Source of the DNA: an uncultured Gemmatimonadales bacterium
Lineage (GTDB): Bacteria > Gemmatimonadota > Gemmatimonadetes > Gemmatimonadales > GWC2-71-9
Direction of reading: 5' to 3'
Length of the DNA stretch: 64,000 nt
Assembly: GCA_963795085.1 (NCBI GenBank)
Contig: CAWCFX010000003.1
Location: 224,001 to 288,000, forward strand
Part shown: positions 45,978 to 56,260 of the stretch, in pieces
How the letters are laid out: each line of letters opens with the position of its first letter
Position numbering within the stretch: the first letter of the stretch is position 1
Translations under genes and position numbers: made by a program
Notes under the pieces: model-generated
Told to the model about the DNA's origin: nothing
Databases searched by the model: none
The model's input: only the letters and a program-made list of their open reading frames with translations

Positions 45978-48900
45978 GGCGCCGGCGGTTTGGCGACAGG
46001 AATGGTGATCACCACCTGGGTGCCCTGCCCCACCTCGCTCGCGACTGTAACCTTGCCGCCCCAGCTCTCCACCAGCCGGCGCACAATGGGCAGACCCAGT
46101 CCGGACCCGCTGGTGGTGGTAGAAAAACGTGGCTCGAAGATCCGGGGCAGCTGGCCGGGCGAGATGCCTGCCCCGTCGTCAATCACCGTAATCCGTCCCT
46201 CGGCCACCTCGACTCGCATCTCCCGGGCGCCGGCGTTCCTGGCATTCTCCAGGAGGTTGACCAGCACTTCCCGGATTTCGTCTCTCCGCGCCACACCCCA
46301 GGCCGGGGCAACCCCGTGCAGGGTGACCCGGGCTCCCTGGTCGGCGAGTTGGTAGAGCTGGATCACCTCGGCAGCCGCGGCGGTCAGCTCGACCGGTTCC
46401 AGCGGAGCGGTCGGTTCGACCGGTGCGCCATAGCGGCTGAAGGCCCGCGCGATGGTATCCAGCCGGTCGATCTCGGCGAGGATGCGCGCCGAGGTCTCCC
46501 CCAGAATGTGGTCGAAATCGCCCCGCTGGTCCCGGTGCACCCGAAGCAGGTGCTGCACGCCGAGCCGGAGCGGGGTCAGCGGGTTCTTGATCTCATGCGC
46601 CACCTGGCGGGCCATTTCCCCCCAGGCCAGCACCCGCTCGGCCCGGGAGACATCGGTGAAGTCGTTGAGGGCCACCACGACGCCCCGTAACCCCGACTCC
46701 AGCCGGCCCAGCTGCACCCGGATGCGGCGGCCCCGGGCCTCCACCTCCCGCGAGAGGGTACGGTCGTCCTGCCCAGCCAGTTCCCGGGTGACCGCATCGA
46801 CCAGCGGCCGCCACTCCACTCCCAGGTGATCGGCGAGCCGATCGCCGGGCCGCACCGTGATGCCCAGCATTTCCTCGGCGCGTCGATTGGCGAGCAATAC
46901 TTTGCCCTGGGTGTCCAGCGCGATCACCCCGGTCGCCACCGTGGCCAGTACCGCCGCGGTGCGCGAACGGGAGTCCTCGAGGGCAGCCTGGCTGGTCCGG
47001 ATGTCCAGAGCCATCCGGTCGAAGGCGCCGAAGACTTCCTCGAACTCGACGGGCGGATCCTGGGCCGGCAGCGTGACACCCTGTCCCCGGCCGACCGCGA
47101 GGGCGGAGCGGCGCAGGTCGGCCACTGGACGGGAGAGTGCACGGGACGCCGCCTGGGCCGCCGACAGGGCCGCGGCCACCCCGACGAACGTGGCCAGCAG
47201 CAGCACGAGAATGAGGTCGGTCTGCTGCTCCCCCAGTTCGGGATCGTGCGCCGGTTGCGGCGTGGCCAGAATGCCGACCTCGCCCGGGTCTCCCGGCCGC
47301 ACGACCCGGTAACCCATCCGGATCTGCGGTTCATCCAGGGCGCCCTCGCTGGTGACATCGAGCTCGTCCTCGACGGCGAGCTGAAGAAACGCTTCCGGAG
47401 GCTGAACCAGCTGGGGGATGATGCCAAGTTCCACGAGCAGCGGCGCCGAAGAGGCGGCCAGGGTCCCGCCGTAATACAGGCCCAGATCCGCATCGATCCG
47501 CCGGCTGAGTTGCACCAGGGCCTCGCGCACCGAGGCGCTGTTGGGCTGACCCAGGCTGCCGGCGGCCAGGACGGCATCGCGCAGCGTCTGGGTGATGACG
47601 ATCGTCTGGGTCCGGTCATCGTCGGCCCGGAGCCGGGCGATGCCCCACCCGGCGAACCCGACCGCGGGCAGAAGAAAGAACCCGCTCAGGGCCAGGGCGA
47701 GCCGGAACTGGTAGGAACGCCGGAGACGGGTCCACTCCGGCAGCTGGACAGCGGACCCCACCAGGAATTCCGTCAGAAACCAGAGAATGAACAGCAGGCC
47801 GATATCGGCCATCACCACGAGGATGCCCCGAACGAAGATGGGAGCCGGTCCCCGCATGTCCACCACCGCGTGCACATGGCGCACGCCGTCCAGCAGTACC
47901 AGCTGCCGCTCCCCGCGGATTCGCCAGCCATCCCGGTACCAGCGGAGCCGCAGACTGTCCACCCTGGCCCCTGGCTCGGGGAGGGAAAGACTCAGGGCAT
48001 AGAGGGGCACGTCCTCAGCCGGACGGCGCAGCAGGCGTCCCAGCCGGGCCGGCATGATCAGCCGGGTCCGGGGCCCGATCACCACGCTCGCCACCGCGCC
48101 ATCGGCCAGCCGCTGGAGAAGGATGGAATGCACGCCGGGCGTGCGCGCCAGCTGGACGGTTTCCCGGGTGTCGGCCGAATCCAGGTTCTGAACCAGCGTC
48201 GCCAGCAGGGAGTGGGGCACATCCATCGAATCGAGCGCCACCTCGACCAGCGGGGTGCCGTCGGGGGACCAGAGGCCCAGGTGGGTGGGATATTCTTCCT
48301 GTCCCAGCGGGCTGGCCTTCCAGCGGGCGTACAGCTCGGCGCCGCTCGCGGGGGGCGGTCCCACGGTCATCGCTTCGCCGAACAACTCGAGCAGCCGGCG
48401 GTCCAGTGGATCGGCCGCCGACCCGAGACCGCCCACATCCTTGCGGGCGACGTTGAGCCGTCCCTCCAGCACAGCGCCCCAGGTGATCAGCGCCGCGGCG
48501 CACCCGGCCACGATCGCGATGCCCGCCGTCGCCCCCCGCCGCGGGGCCGGCCGGGTGACCAGGAAGACCGCGGGCGTCCAGAGGAACGTGTACCAGGGCG
48601 GCCACCCGATGCGGGGTCCCCAGACGTAGATCCCGGCGATGCCGGCGAGGATGGCCATTGCCATGCCCAGCCAGATCGAAGCCGGGGTGCGGGAGATTTC
48701 CCGGGTGCCCCGGAAGAACGCGGCGGCCAGCGCGATGGGCGCGGCGGTCGCGAGGAGGAGCGTCGTTTGCCAGGTCAGCCACAGGCTCAGCGGGACGCCA
48801 TTGGCGGGGGGCGTGATGCCCCGTCCCAGTTCCCGCATCGCATACGGCGCTACCAGGAGGAGAGCGGCGCCGGCCAGCGCGGTGTACCAGCGGACCGGGA

Positions 48901-49993
48901 TGCGGCGCCGCCAGATGGCAATGGCGGCGATGATGACGAGCGTACTGAAGATCACCAGCGCCCCGGCGGAACTGGAGAGGGGACCCAGCAGGGGGCGATA
49001 AAAGGTGGCGGAGGAAAACCAGCCGGCCAGGCCGAGGTAGTCGCCGGCCGGGGCGCGGAGAAACAGCCAGAGTACGGCCGTCAGGAGCAGCAACCGCGCT
49101 ACCGTAGAAGGGGCAAGCAGGATCGCCAGCGCGATGACCCAGAGAAGCAGCGCGGTGACGATCACGCCCGACTCCGCCAGGGCGGCCTCCTTGGAGCGGC
49201 CCTGCTCCGGCGGCAGCGGCTCCGCCGCGAACAACTGCCGCATGCCCGCGGTGGTCGGCTGTTCATACACGAAGACCGAATCGCCGGGCGAAACCCCTGC
49301 CGCGGGGTAGATCAGGAGGCCAACTTTGGTTTTGTGGCGGAACCGCTCGGCCAGGCTGGCGTCGCGGTCGGGCGCCGAGGGCGCGGCCCAGAGGAGCAGG
49401 CTGGCCACGGCGGTCCGGCCGTCACCCAGGTCGCGGCGGGTTTCCAGCACCACGTAGAACGTGCTGGCCCGGACCTGGAGAAAGTCACCCTCCGCCGACG
49501 GGGCGATCCGGAAGCGACCGGCCCAGGCGAAGGGCACGTCATCCGCATCGAGCACGGCGACGCCGATCTCCGTTTCGGCGGCGGCCACGGCCGCGCGCAG
49601 GCGATCGAACGCGGCGTTCCGCTCGCGGCCGGCCGCTTCGCCGGCTGCCGCGACCAGAGCCTCGGTCTGCTGCTGGGCGTCGCGGAGTTCGCCGTCCAGC
49701 GCTTCGAAGGCACGGGTGACCAGGGATTCACGTATCTTTGGCCAGGTCTGATCGATGGCCCGAATGCGCAGGAACTGGAGGGAGACCGCGACGGCGAGGA
49801 GCAGGATCGAGATGAGGGCCGCTCGCCGGGCCCGCGTGGCGGCCGGCTGGAGCGACCAGGCCGCGGCGAGGGCCGCCAGCCACACGGCCAGGACGGGGAG
49901 AATGCCGGGATGGCGAAGCCATTCCGCCGAGGCAACCGCCAGGCCGAGGACAGCCAACACCCAACCACGGGCTCGATGACTCAAGTGGAACAT
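45974..49993 (-). CDS. Very large multi-TM sensor histidine kinase (NtrY-like C-terminus: HAMP-PAS-HisKA-HATPase)
   Basis: WGEMARQVAHEIKNPLTP H-box, NLLENA, DDGAG, FEPRFST, GSGLGL. Start is ATG 49993 or TTG 49984. Confidence 0.88.
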   Translation of the reverse strand: MFHLSHRARGWVLAVLGLAVASAEWLRHPGILPVLAVWLAALAAAWSLQPAATRARRAALISILLLAVAVSLQFLRIRAIDQTWPKIRESLVTRAFEALDGELRDAQQQTEALVAAAGEAAGRERNAAFDRLRAAVAAAETEIGVAVLDADDVPFAWAGRFRIAPSAEGDFLQVRASTFYVVLETRRDLGDGRTAVASLLLWAAPSAPDRDASLAERFRHKTKVGLLIYPAAGVSPGDSVFVYEQPTTAGMRQLFAAEPLPPEQGRSKEAALAESGVIVTALLLWVIALAILLAPSTVARLLLLTAVLWLFLRAPAGDYLGLAGWFSSATFYRPLLGPLSSSAGALVIFSTLVIIAAIAIWRRRIPVRWYTALAGAALLLVAPYAMRELGRGITPPANGVPLSLWLTWQTTLLLATAAPIALAAAFFRGTREISRTPASIWLGMAMAILAGIAGIYVWGPRIGWPPWYTFLWTPAVFLVTRPAPRRGATAGIAIVAGCAAALITWGAVLEGRLNVARKDVGGLGSAADPLDRRLLELFGEAMTVGPPPASGAELYARWKASPLGQEEYPTHLGLWSPDGTPLVEVALDSMDVPHSLLATLVQNLDSADTRETVQLARTPGVHSILLQRLADGAVASVVIGPRTRLIMPARLGRLLRRPAEDVPLYALSLSLPEPGARVDSLRLRWYRDGWRIRGERQLVLLDGVRHVHAVVDMRGPAPIFVRGILVVMADIGLLFILWFLTEFLVGSAVQLPEWTRLRRSYQFRLALALSGFFLLPAVGFAGWGIARLRADDDRTQTIVITQTLRDAVLAAGSLGQPNSASVREALVQLSRRIDADLGLYYGGTLAASSAPLLVELGIIPQLVQPPEAFLQLAVEDELDVTSEGALDEPQIRMGYRVVRPGDPGEVGILATPQPAHDPELGEQQTDLILVLLLATFVGVAAALSAAQAASRALSRPVADLRRSALAVGRGQGVTLPAQDPPVEFEEVFGAFDRMALDIRTSQAALEDSRSRTAAVLATVATGVIALDTQGKVLLANRRAEEMLGITVRPGDRLADHLGVEWRPLVDAVTRELAGQDDRTLSREVEARGRRIRVQLGRLESGLRGVVVALNDFTDVSRAERVLAWGEMARQVAHEIKNPLTPLRLGVQHLLRVHRDQRGDFDHILGETSARILAEIDRLDTIARAFSRYGAPVEPTAPLEPVELTAAAAEVIQLYQLADQGARVTLHGVAPAWGVARRDEIREVLVNLLENARNAGAREMRVEVAEGRITVIDDGAGISPGQLPRIFEPRFSTTTSGSGLGLPIVRRLVESWGGKVTVASEVGQGTQVVITIPVAKPPAP

Positions 49994-50713
49994 CCCTGGC
50001 GATTGAAAGACATGACCCCCGCGGAAGTCCGCAGCCTGCTGGTGGGCCGACCCTGGCTGATCGTGCCGGTGGGCACCACCGAACAGCACGGACCCCACCT
50101 GCCCCTCGGCATTGACAGCATCATCGTCGAGCGGCTGGCCGATGACCTCTCGGCCCGGTTCTCGATTCCCCGGGCGCCGACCCTCGAATACGGCGTCAAC
50201 ACTTCGACCCGCTGGACCTTTACCGGCGGGGCAACGCTCAAACGCAAGACCCTCCACCGGGTCATGAACGAACTGGTCGAGTCCTGGGAAAACTTTGCCC
50301 AGGTCCGCGAGTTCGTGGTCCTGACGGCACAGGGCGGCGAGGCCCACCAGGAGGCCCTGAGCACGATCCGGGTGCTGCAATCCCGGGTCCAGGTGGTCGA
50401 TATCTTTGCCCTGGACTTCTCCCATGTCCTCGAACGGCCGGGCGGGCCGATTCACGGAGGCGAGGTGGACACCTCGCTTCTATTATACATCGCTCCCCAT
50501 CTGGTACGAATGTCGGACGCCCAGGACTATGCGTTGACGCCGAAACAGCTCACCCGCTACCGCCGGGGCGAGAGCCGGCCCATCCCTACCATCGTCGGAT
50601 CGCTGGGCTTCCCCAGCCGCGCCTCGGCCCAGAAGGGGGAGCAACTGTATAGATTCATTCTGGATCGCATCGCCGAGCGGTGTTTCTCGTTCATTCCTGA
50701 AGCGGAAGGCTGA
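49985..50713 (+). CDS. Creatininase/MftE-family amidohydrolase-like protein
   Basis: PVGTTEQHGPHLPLGID, PTLEYG, HGGEVDTS, AQKGE. Start is 49976, 49985 or 50012. Confidence 0.82.
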   Translation: MEHPWRLKDMTPAEVRSLLVGRPWLIVPVGTTEQHGPHLPLGIDSIIVERLADDLSARFSIPRAPTLEYGVNTSTRWTFTGGATLKRKTLHRVMNELVESWENFAQVREFVVLTAQGGEAHQEALSTIRVLQSRVQVVDIFALDFSHVLERPGGPIHGGEVDTSLLLYIAPHLVRMSDAQDYALTPKQLTRYRRGESRPIPTIVGSLGFPSRASAQKGEQLYRFILDRIAERCFSFIPEAEG

Positions 50714-50717
50714 CCTG

Positions 50718-51365
50718 ATGCGACGTCTTCTCCTCGCAGCAGTCCTGGTCCTCCCCCCCACGGCGGAAGCCCAGTCGATCGACAACGGCACCTTCAGTAT
50801 TCGGCGGGCAGGGAGGGAGATCGGCCGGGAGGAGCTGATGATCGAGGAGGGGCGCCGCGGCGTCCCCGGGGGCAGTACCGTCACCTCGAGGGTGCGGATC
50901 CCGGCTGTCGCCCCGACCTTCATCCAGGAATCGGTGATCGAACGCCGGGCGGACGGAAGCTTCGCCAACATGGTGATCAACTCCGCGACGGGATCGGTCT
51001 CGACGCGGATCATCGCCGAAGTCGCCCGGCATGCGCTCCGCATCCATACGGCCGCCGGGGGCACCGAGCGGATCCGGGAACTGCCGGCCGCGGCCAACCT
51101 GCTGGGACTGGCCGACAGCGCTTTTGCGCTCTATGCGCTGGCGGCCGATCTCGCGACCGCGGAACCGCTCGAGGTGACCGGAGTCTATCCGGCAGCCGCC
51201 CGACGGGTTTCGTTCACGGCCCGACGAGTGAGCGACCCGGCCCAGGGAACCCGCATCATACTGGCCGGGGAAATCGCCGGCACCATCTGGCTCGATTCCG
51301 AGGGTCATCTGCAGCGCATCGCCCTGCCGGATGCCGGCCTGGAAATCATTCGCCTGCGCCGGTAA
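50718..51365 (+). CDS. Secreted beta-rich hypothetical protein
   Basis: Signal peptide ending AEA; GREIGRE and IWLDSEGHL patterns. Confidence 0.6.
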   Translation: MRRLLLAAVLVLPPTAEAQSIDNGTFSIRRAGREIGREELMIEEGRRGVPGGSTVTSRVRIPAVAPTFIQESVIERRADGSFANMVINSATGSVSTRIIAEVARHALRIHTAAGGTERIRELPAAANLLGLADSAFALYALAADLATAEPLEVTGVYPAAARRVSFTARRVSDPAQGTRIILAGEIAGTIWLDSEGHLQRIALPDAGLEIIRLRR

Positions 51366-51437
51366 GCGTTCCCGCCGCAGTCCCCATATAGCATAACCAA
51401 TTGACGAACAACTGTTTACCAGCTGTTCGTCGCAGGG

Positions 51438-51465
51438 TGAAACCTCCTGGATTGCCCCCCCGTAT
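51438..51465 (+). promoter_or_regulatory. Putative ECF (SigW-like) promoter of the exporter operon
   Basis: TGAAAC-N17-CGTAT. Confidence 0.5.
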
Positions 51466-51505
51466 GGGGGGCTGTCCTACCTTCCCGTTCCCCGAGGAAT
51501 CTGAC

Positions 51506-53026
51506 ATGGGTCGTGTGCTTGCTCTCAGCGTGCTCCTGGGTTTTCCATCGGTCGTGGCGGCCCAGGATTCAGTCAGAATGGCGATCCCTGCCCCAGCCGT
51601 GACCCTCACCCTCGCCGAGGCTCTGGAGCGGGCCCGGGGCAACAGTCCCGCCTTTCGCCAGGCCACCAATGATGCCGGCCCCGCGCGGTGGGGGGTCCGC
51701 AACGCCTACGGGAATTTTCTCCCGACCGTGAGCGTCAACGGGGGGGTCGGGTACACCGGGAGTGGCCAGTCCAATTTTGGCGGCGGCTTCATTCGGGAGA
51801 CGTCGCCGATCGTGAATTCCAACTACGGCCTGAACCTGAACTGGCAACTGGACGGTTCCGTGCTGAGCGGGCCGGGCCGGGCCAAGGCCAGCCAGCGGGC
51901 CACCGAGGCGGAAATCACCGGGGCCGAATCCAATCTCCGGTTCGATATCACCAACCAGTATCTCACCGCTCTCCAGGCGACGGCGCAGGTCGCCGTGAAC
52001 CGGCAGCAGGTGATCCGGCAGGACGACTTCCTTCGGCTGGCGCAGGCCAAGTACCAGGTGGGCCAGGCCACGCTGATCGATGTGCGGCAGGCCGAGGTGC
52101 AGAAGGGGCAGGCCGAGGTGACGCTGCTGCGGTCGGTGCAGGCGGAATACGATGCCAAGCTGGAGTTGTTCCGCCGGATGGGCCTGGTGCCCCCGGTGTC
52201 GGTGGCCCAGGTCGGGCTGACGGACTCGTTTGCGGTCACCCAGCCGGCGTTCGACCTGCCGCAGCTGCTGGCCCTCGCGGAAGGAGAGAACCCCAGCCTC
52301 CGCGCGCTGCAGGCGCGGGAAGACGCGGCACAGTGGCAGGTGCGCGCGGCCAAGTCGCAGTATCTGCCGACGATCTCGGTCAATGCCGGGTGGGCCGGGT
52401 TCACTCAGCGGGTGACCGATGGGCAGTCGCTGGTGGACCAGGCGTATAACAGTGCCCTGGCCGGAGCCACCCAGTGCGACATCGACAACCAGATCCGGGC
52501 CGGCATCAACCCGCCGCTTTCCCCGCTCAATTGCGATGCCCAGTTCTCCGATCCGACCCGGACCCAGTTGAACCCGACGCTCCGCAACTCGATTCTTTCC
52601 ACCAACGACGTGGGCCTCTTCAACTTCGAGAGCCAGCCGTTCCGGGTCTCCCTGACGGTCTCGCTGCCGATCTTCACCGGCTTCAGCCGGAGCCTGCAGG
52701 TCTCCCAGGCGCGGGCGGCCCAGCTCGACCTCGACGAGAGCGTACGGGCCCAGGGGCTGCTGGTCCGCAGCGATGTCGAGTCGCGCTACCTGTCCATCCA
52801 GACCTCCCACCAGGCGATCCTGGTGCAGCAGGCCAACCGGCAGGCGGCGGAGGACCAGCTCCGGCTGGCGCAGGACCGCTACCGGCTGGGCAGCGGCAAC
52901 TCGCTGGAGCTGTCGACGGCCCAGAGTGACCTGGTTCGGGCGGAAGGCGACTATATCAACGCGGTCTACGATTATCACAAAGCCGTCGCGGCACTGGAAG
53001 CCGCGGTGGGCCGTCCTCTCCGTTAA
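51506..53026 (+). CDS. TolC family outer-membrane efflux protein
   Basis: Signal peptide; LTLAEAL, two OEP repeats (FLPTVSV, YLPTISV), SLPIFTGF, RYRLG. Confidence 0.9.
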   Translation: MGRVLALSVLLGFPSVVAAQDSVRMAIPAPAVTLTLAEALERARGNSPAFRQATNDAGPARWGVRNAYGNFLPTVSVNGGVGYTGSGQSNFGGGFIRETSPIVNSNYGLNLNWQLDGSVLSGPGRAKASQRATEAEITGAESNLRFDITNQYLTALQATAQVAVNRQQVIRQDDFLRLAQAKYQVGQATLIDVRQAEVQKGQAEVTLLRSVQAEYDAKLELFRRMGLVPPVSVAQVGLTDSFAVTQPAFDLPQLLALAEGENPSLRALQAREDAAQWQVRAAKSQYLPTISVNAGWAGFTQRVTDGQSLVDQAYNSALAGATQCDIDNQIRAGINPPLSPLNCDAQFSDPTRTQLNPTLRNSILSTNDVGLFNFESQPFRVSLTVSLPIFTGFSRSLQVSQARAAQLDLDESVRAQGLLVRSDVESRYLSIQTSHQAILVQQANRQAAEDQLRLAQDRYRLGSGNSLELSTAQSDLVRAEGDYINAVYDYHKAVAALEAAVGRPLR

Positions 53027-53038
53027 CAAGGAACGCAC

Positions 53039-54316
53039 ATGTCGCGACGTATGAAGTTGGGTCTCGTGGGTGGCGTGCTCATCGCGCTGATCGGCATTCC
53101 GCTCGCCCTGAGCGCCGCCCGCCGGGGTAACAAGGCGACCGACGTGCGGATCGAAAGTGTGGGACGGCGGGACCTGGTCTCGACGGTGACCGCGAGCGGA
53201 CGGATCGACGCGAAGACGTCGGTCGCGGTAAGCGCCGATATCACCGGCCGGATCACCCGGATCGGCGTGCGGGAGGGCGACCTGGTACGGAAGGGCCAGT
53301 TCCTTCTTCAGATCGACCCGACCACCTATGAGGCCGCGGTGGCGCGGTCTCAGGCGCTGGTGGCCTCGAGCCAGGCCCAGATGGTCCAGGCCAAGGCGAC
53401 CCTGGACCAGGCGGACCGGGCGCTTACCAGGGCGCAGGAGCTGCAGAAATCCGGCTCCACGCTGATTTCCGTGGAGGCGGTGGAGCAGGCCCAGACCTCG
53501 GTGGACGTGGCGCGGGCCAACTACAACGCCGCCCGGGCCCAGGTGGAGCAGGCCCAGGCGGGCCTCCAGGAGGCCCGCGACAACCTGTCCAAGACCCGCC
53601 TGGTGGCGCCCATGGCGGGCCGGGTGGTGCGGCTGCCGGTGGAGGAGGGGGAAGTCGCGGTGCCCGGCACCTTCTCCAGGGAGACAGCGCTGCTGATGAC
53701 CATTGCGGACCTGTCGGTGGTGCTGGCCAAGGTGAAGGTGGACGAGACCGACGTGGTGCGGCTGCACCTCGGCGATTCCGTCCAGGTGAGCATCGACGCG
53801 TTCCCCGACACGTCGTTCACCGGCCGAGTCACCGAGATCAGCAACAGCGCCCAGCTCACCGCTACCTCCACCGCCGGCGGCTCCAGTGACCGGGCCGTGG
53901 ACTTTGACGTCGAGGTGACCCTCGACAATCCCCCGGCGGACATCCGGCCCGACCTGAGCGCCACCGCCAAGATCATCACCGATACCCGGAAGAGCGTGCT
54001 GGCACTGCCGATCATCGCCCTGACGGTACGCGAGAACCAGGTGGTGCCCAACGAATCGGCCCCTCCGGCGGCCCCGGCCGATACCGGCGCCCGGAAGAAA
54101 AAGGAGACCGAGGGCGTCTTCGTGGTCCGCAACGACCAGGCCTTCTTCGTACCGGTCCGGGTGGGCATCGCCGGCGAGGAGCATTTCGAGATCCTGACCG
54201 GCCTCAAGGAGGGCGACCGGATCGTGGCGGGCAGTTACCAGGCCATCCGGGAACTCAAGGACAGCACCCGGGTCCGGGCCAGCAACGACAGCGCCCGCGC
54301 CGGAGGCCCCCAGTGA
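53039..54316 (+). CDS. Periplasmic adaptor / membrane fusion protein (MacA/YknX-like)
   Basis: TM anchor; lipoyl halves [11 protein letters not shown] and APMAG; VDETD; GLKEGD. Confidence 0.92.
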   Translation: MSRRMKLGLVGGVLIALIGIPLALSAARRGNKATDVRIESVGRRDLVSTVTASGRIDAKTSVAVSADITGRITRIGVREGDLVRKGQFLLQIDPTTYEAAVARSQALVASSQAQMVQAKATLDQADRALTRAQELQKSGSTLISVEAVEQAQTSVDVARANYNAARAQVEQAQAGLQEARDNLSKTRLVAPMAGRVVRLPVEEGEVAVPGTFSRETALLMTIADLSVVLAKVKVDETDVVRLHLGDSVQVSIDAFPDTSFTGRVTEISNSAQLTATSTAGGSSDRAVDFDVEVTLDNPPADIRPDLSATAKIITDTRKSVLALPIIALTVRENQVVPNESAPPAAPADTGARKKKETEGVFVVRNDQAFFVPVRVGIAGEEHFEILTGLKEGDRIVAGSYQAIRELKDSTRVRASNDSARAGGPQ

Positions 54317-55017
54317 GCGACGCCGTGATCAGCGTCCGCGACCTGGCCCGGCAATACACCATGGGGGGCGAGACCATTCACGCCCTCCGCGGGCTCAGTC
54401 TCCAGATCCGGCGCAACGAGTACGTCGCGATCATGGGGCCCTCGGGATCGGGCAAGTCCACCCTGATGAACCTCCTGGGATGCCTGGACACGCCCAGCGC
54501 CGGCGAGTACTGGCTCAACGGCCAGGAGGTCTCCCGGCTCTCGGATACCGCGCTCGCCCGGGTGCGGAACCGGGAGATCGGGTTCGTGTTCCAGACCTTC
54601 AACCTGCTGGCCCGGGCCACCGCGCTCCACAACGTGGAGTTGCCGCTGGTCTATGCGGGGGCCAGCGGCGCCGACCGGCGGCAGCGGGCAGTCACGGCGC
54701 TGACCCGGGTGGGGCTGGCCGATCGGATGCACCACCGCCCCAACGAACTGTCCGGCGGGCAGCGGCAGCGGGTGGCGATCGCCCGCGCGCTGGTGAACCA
54801 GCCGTCCATTCTCCTGGCGGACGAACCCACCGGGAACCTGGACAGCACTACCAGCGAAGAGATCATGCGGGTATTCGGGTCGCTCCATGCCCAGGGCCAG
54901 ACGGTGATCCTGGTGACGCACGAGGCGTCGATCGCCGCCTACGCCCACCGGGTGGTGGTCATCAAGGACGGGCAGATCGCGAGCGACCTCCCCAACTCCT
55001 CCATCGCGGCGGCCTAG
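54313..55017 (+). CDS. ABC ATPase, MacB/LolD family
   Basis: [37 protein letters not shown]. Confidence 0.95.
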   Translation: MSDAVISVRDLARQYTMGGETIHALRGLSLQIRRNEYVAIMGPSGSGKSTLMNLLGCLDTPSAGEYWLNGQEVSRLSDTALARVRNREIGFVFQTFNLLARATALHNVELPLVYAGASGADRRQRAVTALTRVGLADRMHHRPNELSGGQRQRVAIARALVNQPSILLADEPTGNLDSTTSEEIMRVFGSLHAQGQTVILVTHEASIAAYAHRVVVIKDGQIASDLPNSSIAAA

Positions 55018-56260
55018 ATGCGGCTTATCGAAGCGATCCGGATGGCGATGGGGGCGATCCGGGCCCAGAAGCTCAAGAGCTTCTTCTCGCTCATCGGGGT
55101 GCTGATCGGCGTGATGTTCCTGATCGCGGTGGTGTCCATCGTGCAGGGCATGAACGTGTACATCGAGGAACGTTTTGCCAACACGCTGATCGGCCTGAAC
55201 ACCTTCAAGCTGCGGCAGCGGCCGGACTTCACGCCCGGGAATGTCACCGATGAGCAATGGCTGGAATGGCGGCGGCGGCCCCGGATCAGCTACGCCGATG
55301 CCGAATTCGTGACCGATCGGATCACCATGCCGGTCATCGCCGCCAAGTACTGCCGCGACAACGTGACCGTTACCTACGGGAGCAAGCAGGCCAAGGACAT
55401 CGACTTGATCGGCACCGAAGTCAGCTACTTCACGATCAAGGATTACGAGATCACCAACGGCCGGGCCTTTACGGCGCAGGAAGTGCGGGCCGGGATGCCG
55501 GTGCTGGTAGTGGGCAGCGAACTGGGAAGCAAGCTGTTCGAGGGCCAGGACCCGGTGGGCAAGGAAGTGCGGGTCGGCGGGCTGCCCTACCGGGTGATCG
55601 GGGTGGTGGCGGAGCAGGGCAACCTCTTCGGCTTTTCGCTCGACAAGTTCGCCCTGATGCCGTACTCCGCGCAGGGACGCCGGCTGATCTGTCCCATCAA
55701 CATCCTCGACGAGCTGGTGGTGAAGGCCGCCAACACCACCGACCTCCGGGTCGCGATGAACGAGGCCGAGGCCGCCATGCGGGCGCGGCGGGGGCTGCGT
55801 CCCGGGGCAGGAGAACAACTTCTCGCTGGAGACCTCCGAGGGGGTGCTCGATTTCTGGGGCAAGATCTCCCGGGTGCTGTTCATGGCGCTGCCGGGCCTG
55901 GTCGCCATCTCGCTGGTGGTCGGAGGCATCGTGATCATGAATATCATGCTGATGGCGGTCACCGAGCGGACCCGGGAGATCGGCATCCGCAAGGCGCTGG
56001 GCGCCACCCGGCGGGACATCCTGTCGCAGTTCCTGGTGGAATCGGCCACCCTCTCCACGGCGGGGGCGGCCATGGGGATCCTGCTGGGGCTGGGCATGGC
56101 CTTCCTGGTCAAGATGCTCACCCCGCTCCCGGCGGCCGTGGCCCCCTGGTCCATCGCCGTGGGCGTACTCCTCGGCATCCTGGTCGGGGTCACCGCCGGC
56201 GTGTACCCGGCGAGCCGGGCCGCCCGGCTCAACCCCATTGACGCCCTGAGGGCCGAATGA
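55018..56260 (+). pseudogene. MacB/FtsX-family ABC permease A with a +1 frameshift at the G run 55804-55807, or assembly error
   Basis: Removing one G restores GLRPG-QENNFSLETSEGVLDFW...GGIVIMNIMLMAVTERTREIG. Confidence 0.8.

Noticed and set aside
46826..49975. 1295-aa plus-strand ORF in the track
   Set aside because: Antisense shadow of the histidine kinase; only the last ~243 aa (creatininase family) look like real protein.
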